From Atractiella rhizophila (Eukaryota): a DNA stretch of 20,000 bases. Shown here one piece after another: positions 19,489-20,000 of this stretch; positions within the stretch are counted from its first letter, which is position 1; each line of letters begins with the position of its first letter. The translations under genes and the position numbers were made by a program. The notes beneath the pieces are model-generated. The model worked only from the letters and a program-made list of their open reading frames with translations. It ran no database searches and was not told where the DNA came from. Location of the stretch: assembly GCA_021432655.1 (NCBI GenBank), contig MU271397.1, positions 54,366-74,365 of the forward strand, written 5' to 3'.

Positions 19489-19892
19489 ATGTCGCAAAAG
19501 GGCCTACCTCAGCTACGTCCACGTTGGGGGCGAGCAGCGGCATTCGTTGTAGCCATGCCTATCCTTGGTTATGTTTTGATGACTACAAGTTAGCAGTTCG
19601 CTCCTTTTGACATTACTGACCGTTCATTCCAGCAACTCCATCCGAACAAGGTAAGCCTTTGTCTCTAGACATTTATTCCAACTTGACACTCACTATGTTC
19701 AGAGTTCTACGATAAATTGAGCGAACCGTTAAAACGCGAAGTGGACAAGCGTCGAGCCGAGAGACTGGCTTATGAAGCTCAACTCCGAGAAGATGCTCGC
19801 AAGGTGATTCCTTTCAGGAGCATGCTGTTTCGTCCCTTACTCAATGCCCTTGATATACGCAGGGAATGTCCAAGCCAACAAATCCTTCGTAA
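19489..19892 (+). CDS. CBP4: Cytochrome b / complex III assembly factor Cbp4-like; exons 19489-19588, 19633-19650, 19703-19803, 19863-19892
   Basis: Spliced: MSQKGLPQLRPRWGRAAAFVVAMPILGYVLMTTTTPSEQEFYDKLSEPLKREVDKRRAERLAYEAQLREDARKGMSKPTNPS*. N-terminal TM helix followed by the Cbp4-like TP.E..FY..LS..L...VD..R pattern. Introns of 44, 52 and 59 nt; TACTGAC branch site in intron 1. Confidence 0.75.
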
Positions 19893-20000
19893 CTTCACTG
19901 CAAGTTGCCCTGAATTACTGACTTCTACCTACATGGCGCGAAACCTTTTGGATGCATCCATTACATAGTGATATTCAGTGCTAATCTTTATTCGGCACCC

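Noticed and set aside
19804..19968. C-terminal half of ORF 19717-19968
   Set aside because: Read-through of the probable CBP4 intron 19804-19862; the spliced stop is at 19892.
1..20000. Functional gene cluster, or prokaryotic systems (operon, CRISPR, defence island)
   Set aside because: The genes are unrelated eukaryotic housekeeping genes with spliceosomal introns; no repeat-spacer array or bacterial features.

Overview
Eukaryotic, gene-dense, intron-rich fungal DNA, most likely a basidiomycete (introns about 44-67 nt). The ORF track fragments the real genes, so I spliced them by hand. In order: 3' part of an atypical Ser/Thr kinase (+); a large DUF1765/UPF0592 (Ahk1-like) protein (+); NSA2 (-) head-to-head with mitoribosomal MRP10/mS37 (+); APC5 (-) head-to-head with a small RPEL-repeat gene (+); glutaminyl-tRNA synthetase (-); and CBP4 (+). 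The main anomaly is a ~2.12 kb near-identical tandem duplication (11255-13369 / 13371-15489) containing the APC5/RPEL bidirectional promoter and the 5' part of both genes. It leaves both genes intact on the outside and two truncated, convergent, mutually antisense chimeric copies on the inside. It is either a very young duplication or two haplotypes mis-assembled in tandem. Other points: a 92-bp bidirectional promoter with an exactly centred E-box, convergent stop codons 27 nt apart, two probable GC-AG introns, a Gcn4-type site before GlnRS, and a candidate structured RNA hairpin next to a TATA box. No transposon, CRISPR, tRNA or rRNA was seen, and I see no clear evidence of a new multi-gene system beyond the duplication.
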